A stretch of 64,000 nucleotides of DNA from Octopus vulgaris (lineage: Eukaryota), in NCBI GenBank assembly GCA_951406725.2, contig OX597815.1, positions 190,464,001-190,528,000 of the forward strand, in the 5' to 3' direction. A model generated the notes under the pieces. It saw nothing but the letters and a program-made list of their open reading frames with translations. It was not told the origin of the DNA and ran no database searches. Shown one piece after another: positions 12,167 through 25,039 of the stretch (position 1 is its first letter; each line of letters starts with the position of its first letter). A program made the position numbers and the translations under genes.

Positions 12167-13178
12167 AATTGATATTATTAATATTATGTTATTCGTGTCA
12201 TGTTTAATAGCATTGTACTGCAAATTGGATCTTCATTTGACAAGATGTTTTAAACTTTATTGTCATAACTTCATCTTCATCTAATTAAAAATTAAAATAA
12301 ATACAACAACCAGAAGCATTATTTGAACTTAAGTCAATCAGTAATTGCATTAAAAACAAGGGAGCCATTTTGTTTTTTCACTGCTAAGTTAGCTTTCTGA
12401 CTAACCTATAAACCTTCGGATTTTAAAACACTATAACTCAATGCGTCCAAATTACAAGAATTGACTGTCTTTCGCATTAATGATCAATAAAAATTCCATT
12501 ATTAGCTTTACTACAGCAAGTAATTTAGTAAAACAAATATTTGGATTGGTTACTAGTTGTGTTCTTTTAGTTTTGGTTTTTGGAAAGCAGTTGCCTCATT
12601 GAAATGGACCCTTCTTTCCCCATCCAATAACAAATATATATAAAAAATAAAAAAGAGAGAAGAAAACAATCACTAAAATTGGATTTTATTGTCTAATCTT
12701 GGAATCTAGTGATAACAACAATGTAGAGCCAAAATAGAGCTACAAGAGAGCTAAGATAAATCTAGGAGAGTTGAAGTTTACTCTGATATTCTGTATTGTT
12801 TGTGTTAAGAGTTTTGAAGTTATCTCATTATATAGTATTTTACACAGTAAATATTTGATTTGGCAGGAAGTAATTAATCACTCTCATTATCATTTTATGA
12901 TCACCGTAGTTCAAAATAGTTTCATAAGGTCTCTAGGGATAGGAATAAATGGTGGTATGGAAGAGGGCAGAAATGTGGGAAACTGAAATTTGGTTGCTTC
13001 ATAAATGTTCAGAAGTAAAATGGATAAATGGATATGACGCAAAACAAGTGGATCCATAGATCACAAGTTCATTTCATACTCTAAGATTTGTATTATTTTT
13101 GGAAAGCAAACAAAGCAAGGCACATGACCTTCATGGGACTTCCTACAGTGGTGAGATTGATGGGGTTTTATTATCTAT

Positions 13179-13340
13179 TTAACCCTTTTGTTACCATATT
13201 TCTGTTGAGATGTTCTGTGTTTCTTTCAATTAATTTCAAATATAACAAAGAATTAAGTAAAATAGCTTAGTTTTCATTAAGCTAGAGCTAGGAACTTAAC
13301 TTGTGGCTAAGGTTTGGTGGAAGATTTTTAATTCAAAACC
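13179..13340. mobile_element. Partial solo TTAA MITE
   Basis: Same sequence as the array unit; right end missing. Confidence 0.8.
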
Positions 13341-13409
13341 TAAGGGTTCATAAAATATGAACTGCTTGTAATATTGGTCAGAAAAAACCCCCTCAAAATT
13401 CAATGTTAT

Positions 13410-13620
13410 ACCATCATCATCATCATTGTTGTCATCATTATCGTCATTGTCATCATCATCATCGTCGTCGTCATCACCATCATCATCATCATCATCATCA
13501 CCATCATTAGCATCATCATCACCACTGTCATCATCATCATCATCATCATCACCACCACCATTGTCATCATCATCATCATTATCATCATCATCATCATCAT
13601 CATCATCACCATTGTCATTG

Positions 13621-13651
<31 letters not shown>

Positions 13652-13720
13652 TATCATCACTAACATCATCACCACCACCATGACGGCAACAACGACAACG
13701 ACCACCACCACCATCACCAT
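13410..13720. repeat. (ATC)n microsatellite abutting an old RTE-type tail (13715-13930, minus)
   Basis: Directly visible; followed by ttaatatccgttttttccctgctggcattgg. Confidence 0.85.
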
Positions 13721-14244
13721 TGATTAATATCCGTTTTTTCCCTGCTGGCATTGGTTTGTGTGGTTTCAACAGGATCCAATAAACTGCAGGACTATGTCAA
13801 ACTCCAATGCCAGCTTTGCCGTGGTTTCATTTCTGTGCCTTGATGCTCTCCCTGATACTAAACACAGGGCGTACTGGGTGCTATTTTCCTGGCACCAGCA
13901 CCTGTGAGGTCACCAAGTGACTTGCAAGACCAGAGAAGAAAAGGTAAGAAACCCTCAACTGATTAGGATGGGGAGGTTACACATCTTTACAAGAAAGGAA
14001 GTTGTGGCTTTATGTCAGATGTTGATAGTTTAAAGACATAAGCATAATTGATGTATTTCTTATGAGAACATGCAATACTGGGAATAGTTTTTGTTTAAAA
14101 TCATTAAATACTTATTTCGGAAAAATATATCATATTTAAATATATGGTCTTTAAAGAGAATCAAGCTTAAGGCATATTTTTCCAATGTCTATAAATAAAC
14201 CATTTCCCCCAATAATGGGAAAGAAAAACGGAATCATTAAAAAG

Positions 14245-14408
14245 CCAGAGAGGGAGGGGAGGAGATGAGGAGAGAGAGAGTGAGAGAGAGGGGGAGAGTG
14301 AGAGAGAAGGGAGAGAGTGAGAGAGAAGGGAGAGAGTGAGAGAGTGAGAGAGAGGGAGCTAGGGGAGAGTGAGAGAAAGGGGAGAGAGGGAGAGAGGGAG
14401 GAAAAAAG

Positions 14409-14445
<37 letters not shown>

Positions 14446-14520
14446 AAGAAAGAAAGAAAGAATGAAAGAAAGAGAGAAAGAAAGAAGGAAGGAAAGAAAG
14501 AAAGGAAGAAAGAAAGAAAA
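14245..14520. repeat. Polypurine (GA)n/(GAAA)n tract
   Basis: Directly visible. Confidence 0.95.
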
Positions 14521-14825
14521 CAATTTGCAATATGATCAAGGATTTTGTTGATTTCTCTAGGCTTGCTGCACACTTTTAAAGGATTAAAGGCTCTTTCTTC
14601 TCTGGTAATAACATATTTTTGCAAATTCTGTTTGCAATAAAATTTGCAGTTCAGTCATTATTTTGTGAACATAAGCCACAAAAAAAAAAGAAGCATTTAA
14701 GAATATATTCTTAATATAGAAAAACAAAAAATACAAAAGAAATAATGATCAAATGAATTGACAATGGTCTGTAGCAGTAAAACTTACTTATACAATGAAG
14801 TTGATATGAAATTTATCAAAATGTA

Positions 14826-14998
14826 GGCACAGGAGTGGCTGTGTGGTAAGTAGCTTGTTTCCCAACCACATGGTTCCGGGTTCAGCCCCACTGTGTAGCA
14901 CCTTGGGCAAGTGTCCTCTACTATAGCCTCAGGTCAACCAAAGCCTTGTGAGTGGATTTGGTAGACAGAAACTGAAAGAAGCTCATCGTATATATGTG

Positions 14999-15035
<37 letters not shown>

Positions 15036-15380
15036 ATATGTTTGTCCAGAAAGATACACAGAAAAAAACAAGGAGAGAAACAAGGAGAGAAAAAAGGAGA
15101 GAAAAAAATGCGTGTAGGAGCTAATGATCTATCATGGCATCCTGACTTCGGCAGTGCGTGTATATGTTTGTGCGTCTGTGTTTGTCCCCACAACATCACT
15201 TGACAACCGATGCTGGTGTGTTTATGTCCCTGTAACTTAGCAGTTCGGCGAAAGAGACTGATCGAATAAGTACTAGGCTTACAAAGAATAAGTCCTGGGG
15301 TCGATTTGCTCGACTAAATGTGGTGCTCCAGAATGGCCACAGTCAAATGACTGAAACAAGTAAAAAAGTAAAAGAGTAAA
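14826..15380 (+). mobile_element. SINE-A full length, containing a 112-bp insertion (15046-15157)
   Basis: Family A head and tail; insertion flanked by gtgtatatgtttgt at 15032-15045 and 15158-15171. Confidence 0.88.
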
Positions 15381-15722
15381 ACTTAGCAACTTTATAATGT
15401 AGATAATGGTTGCTTGGTGGCACCAGATTTCTTAGTTTATAGTTTTCATCAGATTCTATAGATTTTATTCCAAACTTCTTTTTCTTGTCATCATCAGTGG
15501 CATTGGTTGCCTTATTGTTTATCCCCTGGTAAGCTCTGATCAAAGAGGCATGTGTTTGAAGACATTTCAGACCTAACTCTGAGCTCTCTTTTGTTTTTCA
15601 AACACAGTGGAGCACAGAACACAATATTAAATGTATACTATTAGCATTTAAACCAGCCATATCCAGGTAAAACAGGCCAGATTTGACCTCTCTTTTCGAC
15701 CCTACGATGTCATTTTAAAATA

Positions 15723-16467
15723 AACAAGAGCACTCAAAGAGAGCACCAGGGCAACACCAATCTCAATGATTAGCCACAGAGGATTTTTGAAATAAGGTTA
15801 TCTGATATAACTCGACTGCTCTCACAAACGAGAATACTGAAAATGAACCCGACCACTCTAAAATTAAGTAAAAGAAATAAGAAAAATAATCCAGAATCCT
15901 TCTCTGGTACCGGATTGATCCCAAAATCTAACCAGTTTGTGCCAGTCACGAGGCCAAACATCACTGGAAGTTTAATTTGAATCCATCCAGTGGTTCTTGA
16001 GATATATTGTCTATGGGCAAACAAGCAAACAAACAAACATGACTGAAAACAATACCTCCATCTTAGCAAAAGCAGAGGTAACAAGAGCACTAAGAGAGCG
16101 CAAACTTCTGCCAAGGCAATGCCAATGACCTCTCAATGATTAGCCAGAGATGATTTTTAAAGTGAGAATATCTGAAATAAATTTGATTGCTCTCACAAAT
16201 GAGAACGCTAAAAATAAACCCAACAGCTCTCAAAAATTAAGCAAAAAAAAAAAAAAGAAAAAATCAGGAAAATTAATCCAGAATCCTTATTCAGAACTGG
16301 ATTGATCCCATAATCTAATCAGTTCATTCCAGTCATGAGGCCAAACATCTTCTTTGAATGTTTCATCCGAATCCATCCAGCAGTTCTTGAGATATCTTAT
16401 CCATGGACAAACAAACAAACAAACACTACTAAAAACAATACCTCTGCCTTCAAAAAGGCAGAGGTAA
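15723..16467 (+). mobile_element. Two tandem non-autonomous Helentron/Helitron-like units
   Basis: Both start aacaagagcact, contain aatccatccag..ttcttgagatat..(caaa)n and end in the hairpin tacctctgcc..ggcagaggta; junction at about 16080. Confidence 0.65.
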
Positions 16468-16574
16468 TAACCACATCATCAAAATCTCAAAGCTATGAGA
16501 TACTGCATGATTAATTCAAAACAATGTGAATAAATAAGAATTACATTTTACAGAGTAATCTGAATGCTAAAGAG

Positions 16575-16895
16575 TTAAGTATTTCACCCGGCATGCTAAC
16601 ATTTCTACCAGCTTGCCACCTTTTGTATATTATATAATATTAGAAATGTTATAAGCAGCACTTATAATATTTATGTTCTCTGACCACTGAGACTCCCTAA
16701 CATCCACTCAGATGCCAATGTGGAAATATAATATAAATTGAATAGTCTAGTTGCCAACATGTCTAAAATTGAATAATTTCCTTTGGTTACTACCTAGTGC
16801 TTAGGGCATGTCATAGTGATCTTAGTTCTGAATCCTCAGTTTTATACTGTAAGAATATTGAGCAATGTTAATGCTTTAGTGTAATCAATATGTGA
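16575..16895. repeat. Left arm of a ~320-bp inverted duplication (partner 19603-19923)
   Basis: Near-identical reverse complement, mostly non-SINE sequence. Confidence 0.9.
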
Positions 16896-17416
16896 TTTGA
16901 GAGATAGTTGGCTACTATTTTTAACATTCAAAGCAACCATATAGAAGGCCTAAGGGCAATAAAAATTTTACTTGCTTTAGATTCTCACTTGTGCATTTCA
17001 AAACATTCTTATTTGTAAAATGACAAGATTACTTTTCTGGATTCTGGATACTCCATTCTTTTCCGAGAGAACAATATTGACTCTTGAATAATTGAAGAGG
17101 TTTGCTTAAACACATTTCTACAAATTACCTTTAGATATTTCCTTCTTTTCATATTATTTTACTTGCCAGATATTTGTCCTCTTTACATTTAAGATGTAAG
17201 CTTAGTCAGCTTATATGCGCTTCTCTTGTTAACGAACCAAGCCAAATTTTAAATCACAAAATAAAGCTGAGGAATTTGCACCTGTAATTGTTATATCATG
17301 ATATATTTCAATATGTTAAACGATACCTTTGTGTCTTGGCATTTCCTGTGAGTATATAAATATATGTTTATCTATGTATACCCCCACCACTACCACCACC
17401 ACCACACACCACATAC

Positions 17417-17484
17417 AGGCATCTTATGTTCATATAGTTCAACACCATCATCATCCATTTTCTCCCGATAAGAGGATGTTAACC
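17417..17484 (-). CDS. Candidate 68-bp exon (LTSSYREKMDDDGVELYEHKMP)
   Basis: atgtttcttgtttcag acceptor and cct|gtatgt donor on the minus strand, single open frame; no homology recognised. Confidence 0.35.
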
Positions 17485-17579
17485 CTGAAACAAGAAACAT
17501 AGTGTAGAGTGCAAATTGTTGTTGTGTCTTCATTACATCTGTGCTATTTTTCAATTCTGCTATGTATTGGCATTTGAAC

Positions 17580-17631
<52 letters not shown>

Positions 17632-17640
17632 GTGTGTATA

Positions 17641-18350
17641 TCATCATCATCATCATCATTTAACGTCCGCTTTCCATGCTAGCATGGGTTGGACGGTTCA
17701 ACTGGGGTCTGGGGAGCCCGAAAGCTGCACCAGTCCAGTCAGATCTGGCAGTGTTTCTACAGCTGGATGCCCTTCCTAACGCCAACCACTCCGAGAGTGT
17801 AGTGGGTGATTTTATGTGCCACCGACACAGGTGCCAGACGAGGCTGGCAAACGGCCACGCTCGGATGGTGTTTTTTATGTGCCACCGACACAGGTGCCAG
17901 ACGAGGCTGGCAGACGGCCACGCTCGGATGGTGTTTTTTATGTGCCACCGACACAGGTGCCAGACGAGGCTGGCAGACGGCCATGCTCGGATGGTGTTTT
18001 TTATGTGCCACCGACACAGGTGCCAGACGAGGCTGGCAGACGGCCACGCTCGGATGGTGTTTTTTATGTGCCACCGACACAGGTGCCAGACGAGGCTGGC
18101 AGACGGCCATGCTCGGATGGTGTTTTTTATGTGCCACCGACACAGGTGCCAGACGAGGCTGGCAGACGGCCACGCTCGGATGGTGTTTTTTATGTGCCAC
18201 CGACACAGGTGCCAGACGAGGCTGGCAGACGGCCACGCTCGGATGGTGTTTTTTATGTGCCACCGACACAGGTGCCAGACGAGGCTGGCAGACGGCCACG
18301 CTCGGATGGTGTTTTCTTATGTGTCACCGACACAGGTGCTATCACCGACA
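17641..18350 (-). mobile_element. RTE 3' UTR (family C) with expanded 63-bp array
   Basis: Nearly identical to 33499-33850, which is contiguous with the RTE ORF end. Confidence 0.88.
17810..18339. repeat. 63-bp GC-rich tandem repeat, 8 full units plus a partial unit
   Basis: ttttatgtgccaccgacacaggtgccagacgaggctggcagacggccacgctcggatggtgtt, with 0-1 differences per full unit. Confidence 0.97.
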
Positions 18351-18574
18351 TATATATATATATATATATATATATGTTTAAATATTTGTTGTGTAAGATT
18401 TTATTGGCTAAACTGGCAATATGACCATTCCGAAATATAACAATATATCATCATCATCGTTTAGCGTCCGCTTTCCATGGTAGCATATATTTATATGTGT
18501 GTGATGATGGAGGCATACTGGATTGTTGGTATGGCTGTTTTGTGTATGTGGAATAGTATTATAACACATCCTTT

Positions 18575-18620
<46 letters not shown>

Positions 18621-18624
18621 GTAT

Positions 18625-18681
<57 letters not shown>

Positions 18682-18834
18682 CAGATGATATTTAAACTTG
18701 TTTCAGTGGTTTCAACACATTTCTACTCTTATAGTACATTGGTGAGTACATTTTCTACTCTTCCAGTGTTGGTCATTTTCTCTCTATGCAACCCACCACA
18801 ATAAGACCCACTAGATGAGCCAACGAAAGAGACT

Positions 18835-18992
18835 TCCAAAGGTCTCTTGACGTGCTAGAAATAGCAGTCAAAAACCGTCAACTCCAAGTACTACATTTTT
18901 TAAAAAAAAAAAAGGTCATTGGAGTACCTTTGAACATAGGTCTCTTCAAGCAGGAATGACCCAGGGCTAAATAAAACCACAGCAACAACAAC
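18835..18992 (+). mobile_element. Old interspersed repeat (family E) ending in (caa)n
   Basis: gctagaaatagcag(t/c)caaa ... gacc(c)agggctaaa..caacaac, related to segments near 27890-28030, 35140-35260, 61650-61870 and 62350-62730. Confidence 0.5.
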
Positions 18993-19602
18993 AGTCCATT
19001 AAATAAAAAAACCTTTTCTCCTTTTTTTCTGTTGCTCCTACTGCATATTAACCTAACAAGATCCCATATTTTGCCATTTCTCCAATTCCCTCACCTACTC
19101 CACAATTAAAACCCTTAATATTTTCTTCTTCAGCTATTCACCCACAAGAAATCAAACTGGATATTAACACTATTATCCCCACCCATTGATCTTTATCTCG
19201 CAGAGTTTGAAAAGATTAAAGCACCTTCTCCCGTCTTCATATTACCTAATAAAAATTAAAAGATTCAGTAAGCTCCTTTCTGCTTTCATCCCATTTTCTA
19301 AAATTTTGCATGAAAAATATGCTTTCATTTTGATCTGTGTAATGCACGGATCTTCAAATATTTATCAAACAGTGCTAACAATTTTAAATTTCATTTCACT
19401 TCCTGTTTATGTCTCAGACTCGGTCCTATTCTGGTTACCAGGATTCAATTGACTGTACAAAATATTCTATGGTATTCTGTCATCATCCATGTGTGAGCCA
19501 TATCCAACCTCATGGAACGGAAGCTTAAAGAGATTTTCGATTCCACTGAAAGACCATTTCAATAAGATATGTTATTTCAGATCTTTGCCTTGCATTATTA
19601 AG

Positions 19603-19923
19603 TCATATATTGATTACACTAAAGCATTAACATTGCTCAATATTCTTACAGTATAAAACTGAGGATTCAGAACTAAGATCACTATGACATGCCCAGGGCA
19701 CTAGGTAGTAACTGAAGGAAATTATTCAATTTTAGACATGTTGGTAACTAGACTATTAAATTTATATTATATTTCCACATTGGCATCTGAGTGGATGTTA
19801 GGGAGTCTCAGTGGTCAGAGAACAGAAAAATTATAAGTGCTGCTTATAACATTTCTAATAATATATAATATATAAAAGGTGGCAAGCTGGTAGAAATGTT
19901 CGCATGCCGGGTGAAATACTTAA
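19603..19923. repeat. Right arm of the inverted duplication
   Basis: Reverse complement of 16575-16895. Confidence 0.9.
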
Positions 19924-19974
19924 GATGGAAGATGAGAAATTAAAAGAAACCCATCATATGAGCGTGTAGATGTA

Positions 19975-20192
19975 CCTATTTCTTTATTACCCACAAGGGG
20001 CTAAACATAGAGGGGACAAACAAGGACAGGCATAGGTATTAAGTCGATTACATCGACCCCAGTGCGTAACTGGTACTTAATTTATCGACCCCAAAAGGAT
20101 GAAAGGTAAAGTCGACCTCGGCAGAATTTGAAATCACAACGCAATGGCAGATGAAATACTGCTAAGCATTTCGCCCGATGTGCTAACGTTTC
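19975..20192 (-). mobile_element. SINE-B variant 1 with TSD
   Basis: tgtagatgtacct at 19965-19977 and 20193-20205. Confidence 0.9.
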
Positions 20193-20330
20193 TGTAGATG
20201 TACCTGTGTGCAAATGCATGCGTGTGACACAGAGTTTATATTTCCTTGTTTTGATACTGCTTGCTAATTGTAAACAAATATCCCTGTCATACAAGTGGTG
20301 TCATTCATTTGCAATATTCCATGAAAACAA

Positions 20331-20778
20331 GGGTGGTGAGGTAGCAGAATCGTTGGCATGCCGGGTGAAATGCTTAGCGGCATTTCATCTGCCATTACAC
20401 TCTGAGTTCAAATTCTACCGAGGTCAAATTTGCCTTTCATCTTTTCAGGGTCGATAAATTAAGTACCTGTTGTATACTGGGATCGATCTAATCAGCTGGT
20501 CCCCTCCCCAAAAATATCGGGCCTCATGCCTAAAGTAGAAAAGAATCTGTTGAAGTAGGTTAAAGCAGTGAGCTGGCAGTCATGTTAGCATGTTGAGTGA
20601 AATGCTTAGCAGTATTTCATCTGTCTTTCCATTCTGAGTTCAAATTCCGCTGAGGTTGACTTTGCCTTTCATTCTTTCAGGGTCAATAGATTAGGTACCA
20701 GTTGCGTACTGGGGTCGATTTTATCAACTGGCACCCTTCCCAAAAATTTCGGGCTTTATGCCTAGAGTAGAAAAGAAT
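20331..20778 (+). mobile_element. Two consecutive SINE-B variant 2 copies
   Basis: Heads at about 20331 and 20563, each ending gcct..tgccta(a/g)agtagaaaagaat. Confidence 0.85.
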
Positions 20779-21945
20779 GCATAAGTAAATGGATCTGATA
20801 GTATTTTGTTTCATAGTATTTATATTCTAAGTTCATTCCCTATTCAAATCAACTTTGCATTTCGTCCTTCTGGAGTTTATAAAATAAGTACCTAAGGGTA
20901 CCAGGTTTGTACAGAGTTCAGTTTACCCAAATGTTTGGCGTCGGGTCAGTAATTGAGGAAGCTGCTTATGTGCGGACAATGTACAGAAGCAGTGCAGATA
21001 CCACAAGGGATCCTGCTCTACTTCTGTACATTGTCTGCTCAGATTGTACCACAGATTGTTATTTGTATTTGTTCTGGCTATCTATGTTCTGAGCTCAAAT
21101 CCTGCAGTGATCAGCATTGCCTTTCAATCTTTCAGGGTCAATGAATAAAGTATCATTCAAGGGGTCCAATCGATCACACTGCATTCTTTTTATGTTCATA
21201 AGAGTGGAAAATCTTTGTTTGCAAAGGTAGGTTGTTGTAAAAAGGCTGCAACTTTTTGACTGCCTCCTCATCCCAGAAGAAAAATTTCTGTTGTAACAAG
21301 GAACACGTTTTGTAATTAATTTTACATATGTCTAATGAGTTCTCATTGTCCCATGACATTGGAGTGTTTACATCCCTGTAACTAAGCAGTTCGGCAAAAG
21401 AGACCAATAGAATAAGTAACTGGCTTACAAAGAATAAGTCATGGGGGTCGACTTGTTCGACTAAAGGTGGTACTCCAGCATGGTCACAGTCAAATGACTG
21501 AAACAAGTGAAAGAATATATGTGTTTGTGTGTGTAGGTACATGTGGATGGATATAGATAGATAGATGAATGGATGAATGGATGAGTGGAGGGAGGAAGAG
21601 AAGGAGGGAGTGGGGGTGATGGGGGATGTATGGATGGTTGTGTGCAAGGATGTGTTTGTTTATGACTATCTCAATGACTGCCTTTATGTTGACATGATTG
21701 GAAAATAATGCTCTACCTTCATGTCCTGCAACTTAGTGGTACAGCCAAAAGATCAATAAAATAAAATGCCAGACTTCAAAACATAAATACTGGGGCTGAC
21801 ATGATTGAAGGAGAAAAAATGTATTCACACATAAATCTCTGTTGATTCACCAAAATTGATAAATCACAGGGCTCAATGCAATTGTAGAGTATTCCTTAAT
21901 GCATTATAACTTTCAGGTATAATGTGTGTGAGTGTGTCTATATAG

Positions 21946-21979
<34 letters not shown>

Positions 21980-21988
21980 AAGTACATA

Positions 21989-22027
<39 letters not shown>

Positions 22028-22293
22028 ATGTATATACATATATATGTATATACATATATATGTATATATATATTTAAATACACACACACATATATATTTA
22101 TACACACACACATATGTATGTATATATACATGTATATATATATATTTTGTGAAATAGAAAGATGAATAATCTTGTTGCAGATTAATCAAAAGTTTAACCG
22201 ATACCTTGGTAGCAAAAATCACAGCAGAAGACAGCACGGTTGGAGGTACAACCATATGGTGTTGCAACCGTGCGTTGGTGCGGATAATTGAAT

Positions 22294-22392
22294 TATAATA
22301 TTATTAGTGAATTGAAGAAATGGAGTTCAACTCCAGTTCTTCTGTTCAATCTTCGTTCAACTCCATTTCTTCAATTCACTAATAATATTATA
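22294..22392. repeat. Perfect 34-bp inverted repeat with 31-nt spacer
   Basis: tataatattattagtgaattgaagaaatggagtt / aactccatttcttcaattcactaataatattata. Confidence 0.92.
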
Positions 22393-22538
22393 TATATATA
22401 TAGATAGATAGATAAATTATACATTCTCTCCTTTCAAACATTTATTACAAATCTTACAATTCATGCATTCAGTTTCATGTACACATCTTATAGTAATATA
22501 GTAGTTATCCATGTATATATACATGCATGTATGTATAT

Positions 22539-22573
<35 letters not shown>

Positions 22574-22587
22574 AACACACATGCATT

Positions 22588-22639
<52 letters not shown>

Positions 22640-23532
22640 TACATGTATTTATGTGTATATATATATATATATTTCTTCACCACACAGTCAATATAAAGAT
22701 AGTAATCTTTCCTTCATCGTATGTTGTCCAATGCCATTTTTTAGTAACCAAGTCAATTCCTCAACTCATTTCTGCTGAACACTTTCTTTACAAGTTAACA
22801 TTTCACAGCAGCCTGAGATAAGTTCCCAAATATTTATTGTCTCTCCTTTATTACCACAATGCATTGCACTCCATACATTTTATTGCATGACGGACATCTT
22901 TGTTCCTGGTGGTCATTCTTTTATTTCTTTTGCGACACCAATGTTTTGCAAGACAGTTACAGAGAATAGATAATTATCGTTTTTTTTTTTTCATTGTCTA
23001 ATTTCAATACATCAATGCTTCTGTACAAACATTCAACGATGCATTTTAAGCTTTGTTATTTTGTTTTTATTCTTATTTTATTTATTTTATTTATTTATTT
23101 ATTTATTTATTCATTTATTTATGTTTTTCTTTCGTCTTTCATAAGATCGATTGTATATGATACCAAAATATATATCCCTTTGAATCAAGAACCCGCAGCT
23201 GTAAACTATGATTTTTGTAATATATCTTTGACAATCAAATAAAATACCCACCAGTCTATCTGTTTATCCATATCTTAGTTTATGCTTCGTAGAATCTGCC
23301 AATTCTATGGAGAAAGAACCATTTTGTTGCCAGCAGGGAGAGCATTTATTTTAACTTTCAATATATGTAAGCACACATGCATATATAAAAGTATGTATGT
23401 TTACCTTTCCTATAAATACATACACATATGAATATGTATGTATATATATATATATACATATATACACACACACTCACATATATATATATATATATGCATA
23501 TATATATGAATATATAAGTGTGTATGTATGTA

Positions 23533-23612
<80 letters not shown>

Positions 23613-23621
23613 CACACACGC

Positions 23622-23652
<31 letters not shown>

Positions 23653-23654
23653 TA

Positions 23655-23779
23655 TAGTTAATCCAAACATGAAAACACAAAGACAAAACACAACAATGTG
23701 AGGATGTGAAACAAATATAGTATTATTGGACGCTCAGGAATGAAGGAAAGAAGGAGGGTTTAATGTTTCGAGCGGAGCT
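23655..23779 (-). mobile_element. Truncated copy of the hammerhead family 2 element in (TA)n
   Basis: Reverse complement of 51515-51628; cut inside the ribozyme by the adjacent SINE-A. Confidence 0.75.
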
Positions 23780-23999
23780 ACTCTTTTCCTTGTTTCAGTC
23801 AATTTGACTGCAGCCATACTGGAGCACTGCCTTTAGTCAAACAAATCGACTCCAGGACTTATTATTTGTAAGACAAGTACTTATGCTATCAGTCTTCTTT
23901 ACCAAGCCACTAAGAGGGACATAAACGTAACAACATTGGTTGTCAAGCGATGGTGGACAAACACAGTCACACAAATACATACATACATACATACATACA

Positions 24000-24061
<62 letters not shown>

Positions 24062-24657
24062 TATACCGGGCTTCTTTCAGTTTCAGTCTACCAAATCCAC
24101 TCTCAAGACTTTGGTCGGCCTAAGGCTATAGTAGAAGACACTTGCTCAAGGTGTCACACAGTGGGTCTTAAACTGGAACCATATGGTTGGGAAGCAAGGT
24201 TCTTACCACACAGCCACTCCTACGCCTGTGTATATATATTTATACATTCATACATGTTTATATACATATGTGGCTGTGTCGTAAGTAGCGTGCTTACCAA
24301 CCACTTGGTTCCAGGTTCAGTCCCACTGCATGGCACCTTGGGCAAGTGTCTTCTTCTATAGCTTCGGGCCGACCAAAGCCTTGTGAGTGGAAGCCCGTCG
24401 TATATATGTATATATATATATATATATATATGTGCATGTGTGTTTGTGTGTCTGTGTTTGTCCTTCTAGCATTGCTTGACAGCCGATGCTGGTGTGTTTA
24501 TGTCCCCATCACTTAGCGGTTCGGCAAAAGAGACCGATAGAATAAGTACTGGGCTTACAAAGAATAAGTCCCGGGGTGAAGTTGCTTGATTAAAGGTGGT
24601 GCTCCAGCATGGGGGCAGTCAAATGACTGAAACAAGTAAAAGAGTAAAAAGAGTAAG
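23780..24657. mobile_element. Head-to-head inverted pair of SINE-A (23780-24228 minus, 24270-24657 plus)
   Basis: Family A heads and tails in opposite orientation. Confidence 0.88.
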
Positions 24658-24970
24658 AGATATGCATATATGTATGTATGTATGTATGTATGTATATATA
24701 TAACATACACACACACACGTGCACACACGCAGACACTCACACACACACACTCACACACACACTAACTTCTGTATGCACAGATAAGTAAACAGTCATAACA
24801 TTATCGTATCGAGCTTTAATTTTTAAAAACTATTATTTTTGGAAGACAGCTATCTTTAGTTTGTACAGAGAAAGTAAATAAATTATACACATACACACAC
24901 ACACGCGCATATACACACATATGCATATTCACACAGACATGCATATGTGTATGTATGCATGTGTGTGTGG

Positions 24971-25039
<69 letters not shown>

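Noticed and set aside
17676-18440. Long ORFs in several frames, and a CRISPR-like appearance
   Set aside because: Contiguous 63-bp units with no unique spacers, no cas genes and a eukaryotic context; the ORFs arise because a stop-free unit is a multiple of 3
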